From the NCBI GenBank assembly GCA_964016885.1, contig OZ024740.1, positions 137,268,001 through 137,332,000 of the forward strand: a stretch of 64,000 nucleotides of DNA, in the 5' to 3' direction. This DNA comes from Eledone cirrhosa. Its lineage: Eukaryota. The notes under the pieces were generated by a model. The model worked only from the letters and a program-made list of their open reading frames with translations, was not told the origin of the DNA and searched no databases. Position numbers and translations under genes: made by a program. Positions 38,601 to 51,600 of this stretch are shown piece by piece (the stretch's first letter is position 1; every line of letters starts with the position of its first letter).

Positions 38601-41600
38601 CCCCTAATCTCCAATTCTCTCTTTCTCTTATCACTTTTCTCTCAATCTCCATTTCTCTCTTTCTCTTATCACTTTTCTCTCAATCTCAATTCTCTCTTTC
38701 TCTAATCACTTTTCTCTCAATCTCCAATTCTCTCTTTCTCTTATCCATTTTCTCTCAATCTGCAATTCTCTCTTTCTTTTCTCACTTTTCCCCCAATCTC
38801 CAATTCTCTCTTTCTCTTCACACTTTTCCCCCAATCTCCAATTCTCTCTTTCTCTTCACACTTTTCCCCCAATCTCCAATTCTCTCTTTCTCTTCTCACT
38901 TCTCTCTCAATCTCCAATTCTCTCTTTCTCTTATCACTTTTCTCTCAATCTCCAATTCTTTCTTTCTCTTATCACTTTTCTCTCAATCTCCAACTCTCTC
39001 TTTCTCTTATCCCTTTTCTCTCAATCTCCAATTCTCTCTTTCTCTTCTCACTTTTCTCTCAATCTCCAATCCTCTCTTTCTGTTCTCAGTTTTCCCCCAA
39101 TCTCCAATTCTCTATTTCTCTTAGCACTTTTCTCTCAATCCCCCATTCTCTCTCTCTCTTATCACTTTTCTCTCAATCTCCAATTCTCTCTTTCTCTTAT
39201 CACTTTTCTCTCAAACTCCAATTCTCTCTTTCTCTCATCATATTTCTCTCAATCTCCAATTCTCTCTTTCTCTTATCACTTTTCTCTCAATCTTCAATTC
39301 TCTCTTTCTCTTCTCACTTTTCCCCTAATCTCCAATTCTCTATTTCTCTTATCACTTTTCTCTCAATCTCCAATTCTCTCTTTCTCTTATCACTTTTCTC
39401 TCAATCTCCAATTCTCTCTTTCTCTCATCCATTTTCTCTCAATCTGCAATACTCTCTTTCTTTTCTCAATTTTCCCCCAACCTCCAATTCTCTCTTTCTC
39501 TTCACACTTTTCCCCCAATCTCCAATTCTCTCATTCTCTTCACACTTTTCCCCCAATCTCCAATTCTCTCTTTCTCTTCTCACTTTTCTCTCAATCTCCA
39601 ATCCTCTCTTTCTGTTCTCAGTTTTCCCCCAATCTCCAATTCTCTATTTCTCTTAGCACTTTTCTCTCTATCCCCCATTCTCTCTCTCTCTTATCACTTT
39701 TCTCTCAATCTCCAATTCTCTCTTTCTCTTCTCACTTTTCTCTCAATCTCCAATTCTCTCTTTCTCTTATCACTTTTCTCTCAATCTTCAATTCTCTCTT
39801 TCTCTTATCAGTTTTCTCTCAATCTGCAAATCTCTCTTTCTCTTATCACTTTTCTCTCAATCTCCAATTCTCTCTTTCTCTTCTCACTTTTCCCCTAATC
39901 TCCAATTCTCTATTTCTCTTATCACTTTTCTCTCAATCTCCAATTCTCTCTTTCTCTTATCACTTTTCTCTCAATCTCCAATTCTCTCTTTCTCTCATCC
40001 ATTTTCTCTCAATGTGCAATACTCTCTTTCTTTTCTCAATTTTCCCCCAATCTCCAATTCTCTCTTTCTCTTCACACTTTTCCCCCAATCTCCAATTCTC
40101 TCATTCTCTTCACACTTTTCCCCCAATCTCCAATTCTCTCTTTCTCTTCTCACTTTTCTCTCAATCTCCAATCCTCTCTTTCTGTTCTCAGTTTTCCCCC
40201 AATCTCCAATTCTCTATTTCTCTTAGCACTTTTCTCTCTATCCCCCATTCTCTCTCTCTCTTATCACTTTTCTCTCAATCTCCAATTCTCTCTTTCTCTT
40301 CTCACTTTTCTCTCAATCTCCAATTCTCTCTTTCTCTTATCACTTTTCTCTCAATCTCCAATTCTCTCTTTCTCTTATCACTTTTCTCTCAATCTCCAAT
40401 TCTCTCTTTCTCTTATCAGTTTTCTCTCAATCTGCAATTCTCTCTTTCTCTTATCACTTTTCTCTCAATCTCCAATTCTCTCTTTCTCTTCTCACTTTTC
40501 CCCTAATCTCCAATTCTCTCTTTCTCTTATCACTTTTCTCTCAATCTCCAATTCTCTCTTTCTCTTATCACTTTTCTCTCAATCTCAATTCTCTCTTTCT
40601 CTTATCACTTTTCTCTCAATCTCCAATTCACTCTTTCTCTTATCCATTTTCTCTCAATCTGCAATTCTCTCTTTCTTTTCTCACTTTTCCCCCAATCTCC
40701 AATTCTCTCTTTCTCTTCACACTTTTCCCCCAATCTCCAATTCTCTCTTTCTCTTCTCACTTTTCTCTCAATCTCCAATTCTCTCTTTCTCTTATCACTT
40801 TTCTCTCAATCTCCAATTCTTTCTTTCTCTTATCACTTTTCTCTCAATCTCCAACTCTCTCTTTCTCTTATCCCTTTTCTCTCAATCTCCAATTCTCTCT
40901 TTCTCTTCTCACTTTTCTCTCAATCTCCAATACTCTCTTTCTGTTCTCAGTTTTCCCCCAATCTCCAATTCTCTATTTCTCTTAGCACTTTTCTCTCAAT
41001 CCCCCATTCTCTCTCTCTCTTATCACTTTTCTCTCAATCTCCAATTCTCTCTTTCTCTTATCACTTTTCTCTCAAACTCCAATTCTCTCTTTCTCTCATC
41101 ACATTTCTCTCAATCTCCAATTCTCTCTTTCTCTTATCAGTTTTCTCTCAATCTCCAATTCTCTCTTTCTCTTCTCACATTTCCCCCAATCTCCAATTCT
41201 CTCTTTCTCTTATCACTTTTCTCTCAATCTCCAATTCTCTCTTTCTCTTATCACTTTTCTCTCAATCTCCAATTCTCTCTTTCTCTTATCACTTTTCTCT
41301 CAATCTCCAACTCTCTCTTTCTCTTATCCCTTTTCTCTCAATCTCCAATTATCTCTTTCTCTTATCACTTTTCTCTCAATCTCCAATTCTCTCTTTCTCT
41401 TCTCATTTTCCCCCAATCTCCAATTCTCTTTTTCTCTTTACACTTTTCCCCAACCTCCAATTCTCTCTTTCTCTTTACACTTTTCCCCAACCTCCAATTC
41501 TCTCTTTCTCTTATCACTTTTCTCTCAATCTCCCATTCTCTCTCTCTCTTATCACTTTTCTCTCAATCTCCAATTCTCTCTTTCTCTTATCCATTTTCTC

Positions 41601-43770
41601 TCAATCTGCAATTCTCTCTTTCTTTTCTCACTTTTCCCCCAATCTCCAATTCTCTCTTTCTCTTCACACTTTTCCCCCAATCTCCAATTCTCTCATTCTC
41701 TTCTCACTTTTCTCTCAATCTCCAATCCTCTCTTTCTGTTCTCAGTTTTCCCCCAATCTCCAATTCTCTATTTCTCTTAGCACTTTTCTCTCAATCCCCC
41801 ATTCTCTCCCTCTCTTATCACTTTTCTCTCAATCTCCAATTCTCTCTTTCTCTTATCACTTTTCTCTCAATCTCCAATTCTCTCTTTCTCTTATCACTTT
41901 TCTCTCAATCTCCAATTCTCTCTTTCTCTTATCAGTTTTCTCTCAATCTGCAATTCTCTCTTTCTCTTATCACTTTTCTCTCAATCTCCAATTCTCTCTT
42001 TCTCTTCTCACTTTTCCCCTAATCTCCAATTCTCTCTTTCTCTTATCACTTTTCTCTCAATCTCCAATTCTCTCTTTCTCTTATCACTTTTCTCTCAATC
42101 TGCAATTCTCTCTTTCTCTCATCCATTTTCTCTCAATCTGCAATTCTCTCTTTCTTTTCTCACTTTTCCCCCAATCTCCAATTCTCTCTTTCTCTTCACA
42201 CTTTTCCCCCAATCTCCAATTCTCTCATTCTCTTCACACTTTTCCCCCAATCTCCAATTCTCTCTTTCTCTTCTCACTTTTCTCTCAATCTCCAATCCTC
42301 TCTTTCTGTTCTCAGTTTTCCCCCAATCTCCAATTCTCTATTTCTCTTAGCACTTTTCTCTCAATCCCCCATTCTCTCTCTCTCTTATCACTTTTCTCTC
42401 AATCTCCAATTCTCTCTTTCTCTTCTCACTTTTCTCTCAATCTCCAATTCTCTCTTTCTCTTATCACTTTTCTCTCAATCTCCAATTCTCTCTTTCTCTT
42501 ATCACTTTTCTCTCAATCTCCAATTCTCTCTTTCTCTTATCAGTTTTCTCTCAATCTGCAATTCTCTCTTTCTCTTATCACTTTTCTCTCAATCTCCAAT
42601 TCTCTCTTTCTCTTCTCACTTTTCCCCTAATCTCCAATTCTCTCTTTCTCTTATCACTTTTCTCTCAATCTCCATTTCTCTCTTTCTCTTATCACTTTTC
42701 TCTCAATCTCAATTCTCTCTTTCTCTAATCACTTTTCTCTCAATCTCCAATTCTCTCTTTCTCTTATCCATTTTCTCTCAATCTGCAATTCTCTCTTTCT
42801 TTTCTCACTTTTCCCCCAATCTCCAATTCTCTCTTTCTCTTCACACTTTTCCCCCAATCTCCAATTCTCTCTTTCTCTTCACACTTTTCCCCCAATCTCC
42901 AATTCTCTCTTTCTCTTCTCACTTCTCTCTCAATCTCCAATTCTCTCTTTCTCTTATCACTTTTCTCTCAATCTCCAATTCTTTCTTTCTCTTATCACTT
43001 TTCTCTCAATCTCCAACTCTCTCTTTCTCTTATCCCTTTTCTCTCAATCTCCAATTCTCTCTTTCTCTTCTCACTTTTCTCTCAATCTCCAATCCTCTCT
43101 TTCTGTTCTCAGTTTTCCCCCAATCTCCAATTCTCTATTTCTCTTAGCACTTTTCTCTCAATCCCCCATTCTCTCTCTCTCTTATCACTTTTCTCTCAAT
43201 CTCCAATTCTCTCTTTCTCTTATCACTTTTCTCTCAAACTCCAATTCTCTCTTTCTCTCATCATATTTCTCTCAATCTCCAATTCTCTCTTTCTCTTATC
43301 ACTTTTCTCTCAATCTTCAATTCTCTCTTTCTCTTCTCACTTTTCCCCTAATCTCCAATTCTCTATTTCTCTTATCACTTTTCTCTCAATCTCCAATTCT
43401 CTCTTTCTCTTATCACTTTTCTCTCAATCTCCAATTCTCTCTTTCTCTCATCCATTTTCTCTCAATCTGCAATACTCTCTTTCTTTTCTCAATTTTCCCC
43501 CAATCTCCAATTCTCTCTTTCTCTTCACACTTTTCCCCCAATCTCCAATTCTCTCATTCTCTTCACACTTTTCCCCCAATCTCCAATTCTCTCTTTCTCT
43601 TCTCACTTTTCTCTCAATCTCCAATCCTCTCTTTCTGTTCTCAGTTTTCCCCCAATCTCCAATTCTCTATTTCTCTTAGCACTTTTCTCTCTATCCCCCA
43701 TTCTCTCTCTCTCTTATCACTTTTCTCTCAATCTCCAATTCTCTCTTTCTCTTCTCACTTTTCTCTCAAT
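35690..43770 (+). repeat. Tandem duplication of 4,023 bp
   Basis: Variants repeat at +4023: ATCTTCAA 35761/39784, CTGCAAATC 35801/39824, doubled TTTACAC..CCCAACC monomer 37411/41434, TAGCAC 36201/40224. Confidence 0.85.
37732..38301 (+). repeat. Representative 15-monomer (570 bp) higher-order cycle
   Basis: Monomer order: TATT/TTAGCA; AATCCCCCAT; consensus x2; ATCAG; CTGCAA; CTTCTCA..CCCCT; consensus x2; ATCCAT; CTGCAA/TTTTCTCA..CCCCC; CTTCACA..CCCCC; CATT/CTTCACA..CCCCC; CTTCTCA; AATCC/CTGTTCTCAG..CCCCC. The TAGCAC marker is spaced exactly 570 bp at 37755/38325, 41778/42348, 47776/48346, 54833/55403, 59575/60145, 62989/63559 and 11627/12197. Confidence 0.9.
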
Positions 43771-45637
43771 CTCCAATTCTCTCTTTCTCTTATCACTTTT
43801 CTCTCAATCTCCAATTCTCTCTTTCTCTTATCAGTTTTCTCTCAATCTGCAATTCTCTCTTTCTCTTATCACTTTTCTCTCAATCTCCAATTCTCTCTTT
43901 CTCTTCTCACTTTTCTACTAATCTCCAATTCTCTCTTTCTCTTATCACTTTTCTCTCAATCTCCATTTCTCTCTTTCTCTTATCACTTTTCTCTCAATCT
44001 CAATTCTCTCTTTCTCTAATCACTTTTCTCTCAATCTCCAATTCTCTCTTTCTCTTATCCATTTTCTCTCAATCTGCAATTCTCTCTTTCTTTTCTCACT
44101 TTTCCCCCACTCTCCAATTCTCTCTTTCTCTTCACACTTTTCCCCCAATCTCCAATTCTCTCTTTCTCTTCACACTTTTCCCCCAATCTCCAATTCTCTC
44201 TTTCTCTTCTCACTTCTCTCTCAATCTCCAATTCTCTCTTTCTCTTATCACTTTTCTCTCAATCTCCAATTCTTTCTTTCTCTTATCACTTTTCTCTCAA
44301 TCTCCAACTCTCTCTTTCTCTTATCCCTTTTCTCTCAATCTCCAATTCTCTCTTTCTCTTCTCACTTTTCTCTCAATCTCCAATCCTCTCTTTCTGTTCT
44401 CAGTTTTCCCCCAATCTCCAATTCTCTATTTCTCTTAGCACTTTTCTCTCAATCCCCCATTCTCTCTCTCTCTTATCACTTTTCTCTCAATCTCCAATTC
44501 TCTCTTTCTCTTATCACTTTTCTCTCAAACTCCAATTCTCTCTTTCTCTCATCATATTTCTCTCAATCTCCAATTCTCTCTTTCTCTTATCACTTTTCTC
44601 TCAATCTTCAATTCTCTCTTTCTCTTCTCACTTTTCCCCTAATCTCCAATTCTCTATTTCTCTTATCACTTTTCTCTCAATCTCCAATTCTCTCTTTCTC
44701 TTATCACTTTTCTCTCAATCTCCAATTCTCTCTTTCTCTCATCCATTTTCTCTCAATCTGCAATACTCTCTTTCTTTTCTCAATTTTCCCCCAATCTCCA
44801 ATTCTCTCTTTCTCTTCACACTTTTCCCCCAATCTCCAATTCTCTCATTCTCTTCACACTTTTCCCCCAATCTCCAATTCTCTCTTTCTCTTCTCACTTT
44901 TCTCTCAATCTCCAATCCTCTCTTTCTGTTCTCAGTTTTCCCCCAATCTCCAATTCTCTATTTCTCTTAGCACTTTTCTCTCAATCCCCCATTCTCTCTC
45001 TCTCTTATCACTTTTCTCTCAATCTCCAATTCTCTCTTTCTCTTCTCACTTTTCTCTCAATCTCCAATTCTCTCTTTCTCTTATCACTTTTCTCTCTATC
45101 TCCAATTCTCTCTTTCTCTTATCACTTTTCTCTCAATCTCCAATTCTCTCTTTCTCTTATCAGTTTTCTCTCAATCTGCAATTCTCTCTTTCTCTTATCA
45201 CTTTTCTCTCAATCTCCAATTCTCTCTTTCTCTTCTCACTTTTCCCCTAATCTCCAATTCTCTCTTTCTCTTATCACTTTTCTCTCAATCTCCATTTCTC
45301 TCTTTCTCTTATCACTTTTCTCTCAATCTCAATTCTCTCTTTCTCTAATCACTTTTCTCTCAATCTCCAATTCTCTCTTTCTCTTATCCATTTTCTCTCA
45401 ATCTGCAATTCTCTCTTTCTTTTCTCACTTTTCCCCCAATCTCCAATTCTCTCTTTCTCTTCACACTTTTCCCCCAATCTCCAATTCTCTCTTTCTCTTC
45501 ACACTTTTCCCCCAATCTCCAATTCTCTCTTTCTCTTCTCACTTCTCTCTCAATCTCCAATTCTCTCTTTCTCTTATCACTTTTCTCTCAATCTCCAATT
45601 CTTTCTTTCTCTTATCACTTTTCTCTCAATCTCCAAC

Positions 45638-48600
45638 TCTCTCTTTCTCTTATCCCTTTTCTCTCAATCTCCAATTCTCTCTTTCTCTTCTCACTTTTCT
45701 CTCAATCTCCAATCCTCTCTTTCTGTTCTCAGTTTTCCCCCAATCTCCAATTCTCTATTTCTCTTAGCACTTTTCTCTCAATCCCCCATTCTCTCCCTCT
45801 CTTATCACTTTTCTCTCAATCTCCAATTCTCTCTTTCTCTTATCACTTTTCTCTCAAACTCCAATTCTCTCTTTCTCTCATCATATTTCTCTCAATCTCC
45901 AATTCTCTCTTTCTCTTATCACTTTTCTCTCAATCTTCAATTCTCTCTTTCTCTTCTCACTTTTCCCCTAATCTCCAATTCTCTATTTCTCTTATCACTT
46001 TTCTCTCAATCTCCAATTCTCTCTTTCTCTTATCACTTTTCTCTCAATCTCCAATTCTCTCTTTCTCTCATCCATTTTCTCTCAATCTGCAATACTCTCT
46101 TTCTTTTCTCAATTTTCCCCCAATCTCCAATTCTCTCTTTCTCTTCACACTTTTCCCCCAATCTCCAATTCTCTCATTCTCTTCACACTTTTCCCCCAAT
46201 CTCCAATTCTCTCTTTCTCTTCTCACTTTTCTCTCAATCTCCAATCCTCTCTTTCTGTTCTCAGTTTTCCCCCAATCTCCAATTCTCTATTTCTCTTAGC
46301 ACTTTTCTCTCTATCCCCCATTCTCTCTCTCTCTTATCACTTTTCTCTCAATCTCCAATTCTCTCTTTCTCTTCTCACTTTTCTCTCAATCTCCAATTCT
46401 CTCTTTCTCTTATCACTTTTCTCTCAATCTCCAATTCTCTCTTTCTCTTATCAGTTTTCTCTCAATCTGCAATTCTCTCTTTCTCTTATCACTTTTCTCT
46501 CAATCTCCAATTCTCTCTTTCTCTTCTCACTTTTCCCCTAATCTCCAATTCTCTCTTTCTCTTATCACTTTTCTCTCAATCTCCAATTCTCTCTTTCTCT
46601 TATCACTTTTCTCTCAATCTCAATTCTCTCTTTCTCTTATCACTTTTCTCTCAATCTCCAATTCACTCTTTCTCTTATCCATTTTCTCTCAATCTGCAAT
46701 TCTCTCTTTCTTTTCTCACTTTTCCCCCAATCTCCAATTCTCTCTTTCTCTTCACACTTTTCCCCCAATCTCCAATTCTCTCTTTCTCTTCTCACTTTTC
46801 TCTCAATCTCCAATTCTCTCTTTCTCTTATCACTTTTCTCTCAATCTCCAATTCTTTCTTTCTCTTATCACTTTTCTCTCAATCTCCAACTCTCTCTTTC
46901 TCTTATCCCTTTTCTCTCAATCTCCAATTCTCTCTTTCTCTTCTCACTTTTCTCTCAATCTCCAATACTCTCTTTCTGTTCTCAGTTTTCCCCCAATCTC
47001 CAATTCTCTATTTCTCTTAGCACTTTTCTCTCAATCCCCCATTCTCTCTCTCTCTTATCACTTTTCTCTCAATCTCCAATTCTCTCTTTCTCTTATCACT
47101 TTTCTCTCAAACTCCAATTCTCTCTTTCTCTCATCACATTTCTCTCAATCTCCAATTCTCTCTTTCTCTTATCAGTTTTCTCTCAATCTCCAATTCTCTC
47201 TTTCTCTTCTCACTTTTCCCCCAATCTCCAATTCTCTCTTTCTCTTATCACTTTTCTCTCAATCTCCAATTCTCTCTTTCTCTTATCACTTTTCTCTCAA
47301 TCTCCAATTCTCTCTTTCTCTTATCACTTTTCTCTCAATCTCCAACTCTCTCTTTCTCTTATCCCTTTTCTCTCAATCTCCAATTATCTCTTTCTCTTAT
47401 CACTTTTCTCTCAATCTCCAATTCTCTCTTTCTCTTCTCATTTTCCCCCAATCTCCAATTCTCTTTTTCTCTTTACACTTTTCCCCAACCTCCAATTCTC
47501 TCTTTCTCTTATCACTTTTCTCTCAATCTCCCATTCTCTCTCTCTCTTATCACTTTTCTCTCAATCTCCAATTCTCTCTTTCTCTTATCCATTTTCTCTC
47601 AATCTGCAATTCTCTCTTTCTTTTCTCACTTTTCCCCCAATCTCCAATTCTCTCTTTCTCTTCACACTTTTCCCCAAATCTCCAATTCTCTCATTCTCTT
47701 CTCACTTTTCTCTCAATCTCCAATCCTCTCTTTCTGTTCTCAGTTTTCCCCCAATCTCCAATTCTCTATTTCTCTTAGCACTTTTCTCTCAATCCCCCAT
47801 TCTCTCCCTCTCTTATCACTTTTCTCTCAATCTCCAATTCTCTCTTTCTCTTATCACTTTTCTCTCAATCTCCAATTCTCTCTTTCTCTTATCACTTTTC
47901 TCTCAATCTCCAATTCTCTCTTTCTCTTATCAGTTTTCTCTCAATCTGCAATTCTCTCTTTCTCTTATCACTTTTCTCTCAATCTCCAATTCTCTCTTTC
48001 TCTTCTCACTTTTCCCCTAATCTCCAATTCTCTCTTTCTCTTATCACTTTTCTCTCAATCTCCAATTCTCTCTTTCTCTTATCACTTTTCTCTCAATCTG
48101 CAATTCTCTCTTTCTCTCATCCATTTTCTCTCAATCTGCAATTCTCTCTTTCTTTTCTCACTTTTCCCCCAATCTCCAATTCTCTCTTTCTCTTCACACT
48201 TTTCCCCCAATCTCCAATTCTCTCATTCTCTTCACACTTTTCCCCCAATCTCCAATTCTCTCTTTCTCTTCTCACTTTTCTCTCAATCTCCAATCCTCTC
48301 TTTCTGTTCTCAGTTTTCCCCCAATCTCCAATTCTCTATTTCTCTTAGCACTTTTCTCTCAATCCCCCATTCTCTCTCTCTCTTATCACTTTTCTCTCAA
48401 TCTCCAATTCTCTCTTTCTCTTCTCACTTTTCTCTCAATCTCCAATTCTCTCTTTCTCTTATCACTTTTCTCTCAATCTCCAATTCTCTCTTTCTCTTAT
48501 CACTTTTCTCTCAATCTCCAATTCTCTCTTTCTCTTATCAGTTTTCTCTCAATCTGCAATTCTCTCTTTCTCTTATCACTTTTCTCTCAATCTCCAATTC

Positions 48601-51600
48601 TCTCTTTCTCTTCTCACTTTTCCCCTAATCTCCAATTCTCTCTTTCTCTTATCACTTTTCTCTCAATCTCCATTTCTCTCTTTCTCTTATCACTTTTCTC
48701 TCAATCTCAATTCTCTCTTTCTCTAATCACTTTTCTCTCAATCTCCAATTCTCTCTTTCTCTTATCCATTTTCTCTCAATCTGCAATTCTCTCTTTCTTT
48801 TCTCACTTTTCCCCCAATCTCCAATTCTCTCTTTCTCTTCACACTTTTCCCCCAATCTCCAATTCTCTCTTTCTCTTCACACTTTTCCCCCAATCTCCAA
48901 TTCTCTCTTTCTCTTCTCACTTCTCTCTCAATCTCCAACTCTCTCTTTCTCATCACTTTTCTCTCAATCTCCAATTCTTTCTTTCTCTTATCACTTTTCT
49001 CTCAATCTCCAACTCTCTCTTTCTCTTATCCCTTTTCTCTCAATCTCCAATTCTCTCTTTCTCTTCTCACTTTTCTCTCAATCTCCAATCCTCTCTTTCT
49101 GTTCTCAGTTTTCCCCCAATCTCCAATTCTCTATTTCTCTTAGCACTTTTCTCTCAATCCCCCATTCTCTCTCTCTCTTATCACTTTTCTCTCAATCTCC
49201 AATTCTCTCTTTCTCTTATCACTTTTCTCTCAAACTCCAATTCTCTCTTTCTCTCATCATATTTCTCTCAATCTCCAATTCTCTCTTTCTCTTATCACTT
49301 TTCTCTCAATCTTCAATTCTCTCTTTCTCTTCTCACTTTTCCCCTAATCTCCAATTCTCTATTTCTCTTATCACTTTTCTCTCAATCTCCAATTCTCTCT
49401 TTCTCTTATCACTTTTCTCTCAATCTCCAATTCTCTCTTTCTCTCATCCATTTTCTCTCAATCTGCAATACTCTCTTTCTTTTCTCAATTTTCCCCCAAT
49501 CTCCAATTCTCTCTTTCTCTTCACACTTTTCCCCCAATCTCCAATTCTCTCATTCTCTTCACACTTTTCCCCCAATCTCCAATTCTCTCTTTCTCTTCTC
49601 ACTTTTCTCTCAATCTCCAATCCTCTCTTTCTGTTCTCAGTTTTCCCCCAATCTCCAATTCTCTATTTCTCTTAGCACTTTTCTCTCTATCCCCCATTCT
49701 CTCTCTCTCTTATCACTTTTCTCTCAATCTCCAATTCTCTCTTTCTCTTCTCACTTTTCTCTCAATCTCCAATTCTCTCTTTCTCTTATCACTTTTCTCT
49801 CAATCTCCAATTCTCTCTTTCTCTTATCACTTTTCTCTCAATCTCCAATTCTCTCTTTCTCTTATCAGTTTTCTCTCAATCTGCAATTCTCTCTTTCTCT
49901 TATCACTTTTCTCTCAATCTCCAATTCTCTCTTTCTCTTCTCACTTTTCCCCTAATCTCCAATTCTCTCTTTCTCTTATCACTTTTCTCTCAATCTCCAA
50001 TTCGCTCTTTCTCTTATCACTTTTCTCTCAATCTAAATTCTCTCTTTCTCTTATCACTTTTCTCTCAATCTCCAATTCACTCTTTCTCTTATCCATTTTC
50101 TCTCAATCTGCAATTCTCTCTTTCTTTTCTCACTTTTCCCCCAATCTCCAATTCTCTCTTTCTCTTCACACTTTTCCCCCAATCTCCAATTCTCTCTTTC
50201 TCTTCTCACTTTTCTCTCAATCTCCAATTCTCTCTTTCTCTTATCACTTTTCTCTCAATCTCCAATTCTTTCTTTCTCTTATCACTTTTCTCTCAATCTC
50301 CAACTCTCTCTTTCTCTTATCCCTTTTCTCTCAATCTCCAATTCTCTCTTTCTCTTCTCACTTTTCTCTCAATCTCCAATACTCTCTTTCTGTTCTCAGT
50401 TTTCCCCCAATCTCCAATTCTCTATTTCTCTTAGCACTTTTCTCTCAATCCCCCATTCTCTCTCTCTCTTATCACTTTTCTCTCAATCTCCAATTCTCTC
50501 TTTCTCTTATCACTTTTCTCTCAAACTCCAATTCTCTCTTTCTCTCATCACATTTCTCTCAATCTCCAATTCTCTCTTTCTCTTATCAGTTTTCTCTCAA
50601 TCTCCAATTCTCTCTTTCTCTTCTCACTTTTCCCCCAATCTCCAATTCTCTCTTTCTCTTATCACTTTTCTCTCAATCTCCAATTCTCTCTTTCTCTTAT
50701 CACTTTTCTCTCAATCTCCAATTCTCTCTTTCTCTTATCACTTTTCTCTCAATCTCCAACTCTCTCTTTCTCTTATCCCTTTTCTCTCAATCTCCAATTA
50801 TCTCTTTCTCTTATCACTTTTCTCTCAATCTCCAATTCTCTCTTTCTCTTCTCATTTTCCCCCAATCTCCAATTCTCTTTTTCTCTTTACACTTTTCCCC
50901 AACCTCCAATTCTCTCTTTCTCTTATCACTTTTCTCTCAATCTCCCATTCTCTCTCTCTCATATCACTTTTCTCTCAATCTCCAATTCTCTCTTTCTCTT
51001 ATCCATTTTCTCTCAATCTGCAATTCTCTCTTTCTTTTCTCACTTTTCCCCCAATCTCCAATTCTCTCTTTCTCTTCACACTTTTCCCCCAATCTCCAAT
51101 TCTCTCATTCTCTTCTCACTTTTCTCTCAATCTCCAATCCTCTCTTTCTGTTCTCAGTTTTCCCCCAATCTCCAATTCTCTATTTCTCTTAGCACTTTTC
51201 TCTCAATCCCCCATTCTCTCCCTCTCTTATCACTTTTCTCTCAATCTCCAATTCTCTCTTTCTCTTATCACTTTTCTCTCAATCTCCAATTCTCTCTTTC
51301 TCTTATCACTTTTCTCTCAATCTCCAATTCTCTCTTTCTCTTATCAGTTTTCTCTCAATCTGCAATTCTCTCTTTCTCTTATCACTTTTCTCTCAATCTC
51401 CAATTCTCTCTTTCTCTTCTCACTTTTCCCCTAATCTGCAATTCTCTCTTTCTCTTATCACTTTTCTCTCAATCTCCAATTCTCTCTTTCTCTTATCACT
51501 TTTCTCTCAATCTGCAATTCTCTCTTTCTCTCATCCATTTTCTCTCAATCTGCAATTCTCTCTTTCTTTTCTCACTTTTCCCCCAATCTCCAATTCTCTC

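Noticed and set aside
15291-40506. Plus-strand ORFs of 70-506 aa rich in S/L/F/I/P, resembling hydrophobic membrane repeat proteins
   Set aside because: The plus-strand consensus has no stop codon in any frame, so long ORFs are automatic. The 38-aa periodicity is simply 3 x 38 bp. Most starts are TTG or GTG from point variants, the ATGs at 26181 and 40012 are singleton mutations, and frameshifting 37-bp monomers are common.
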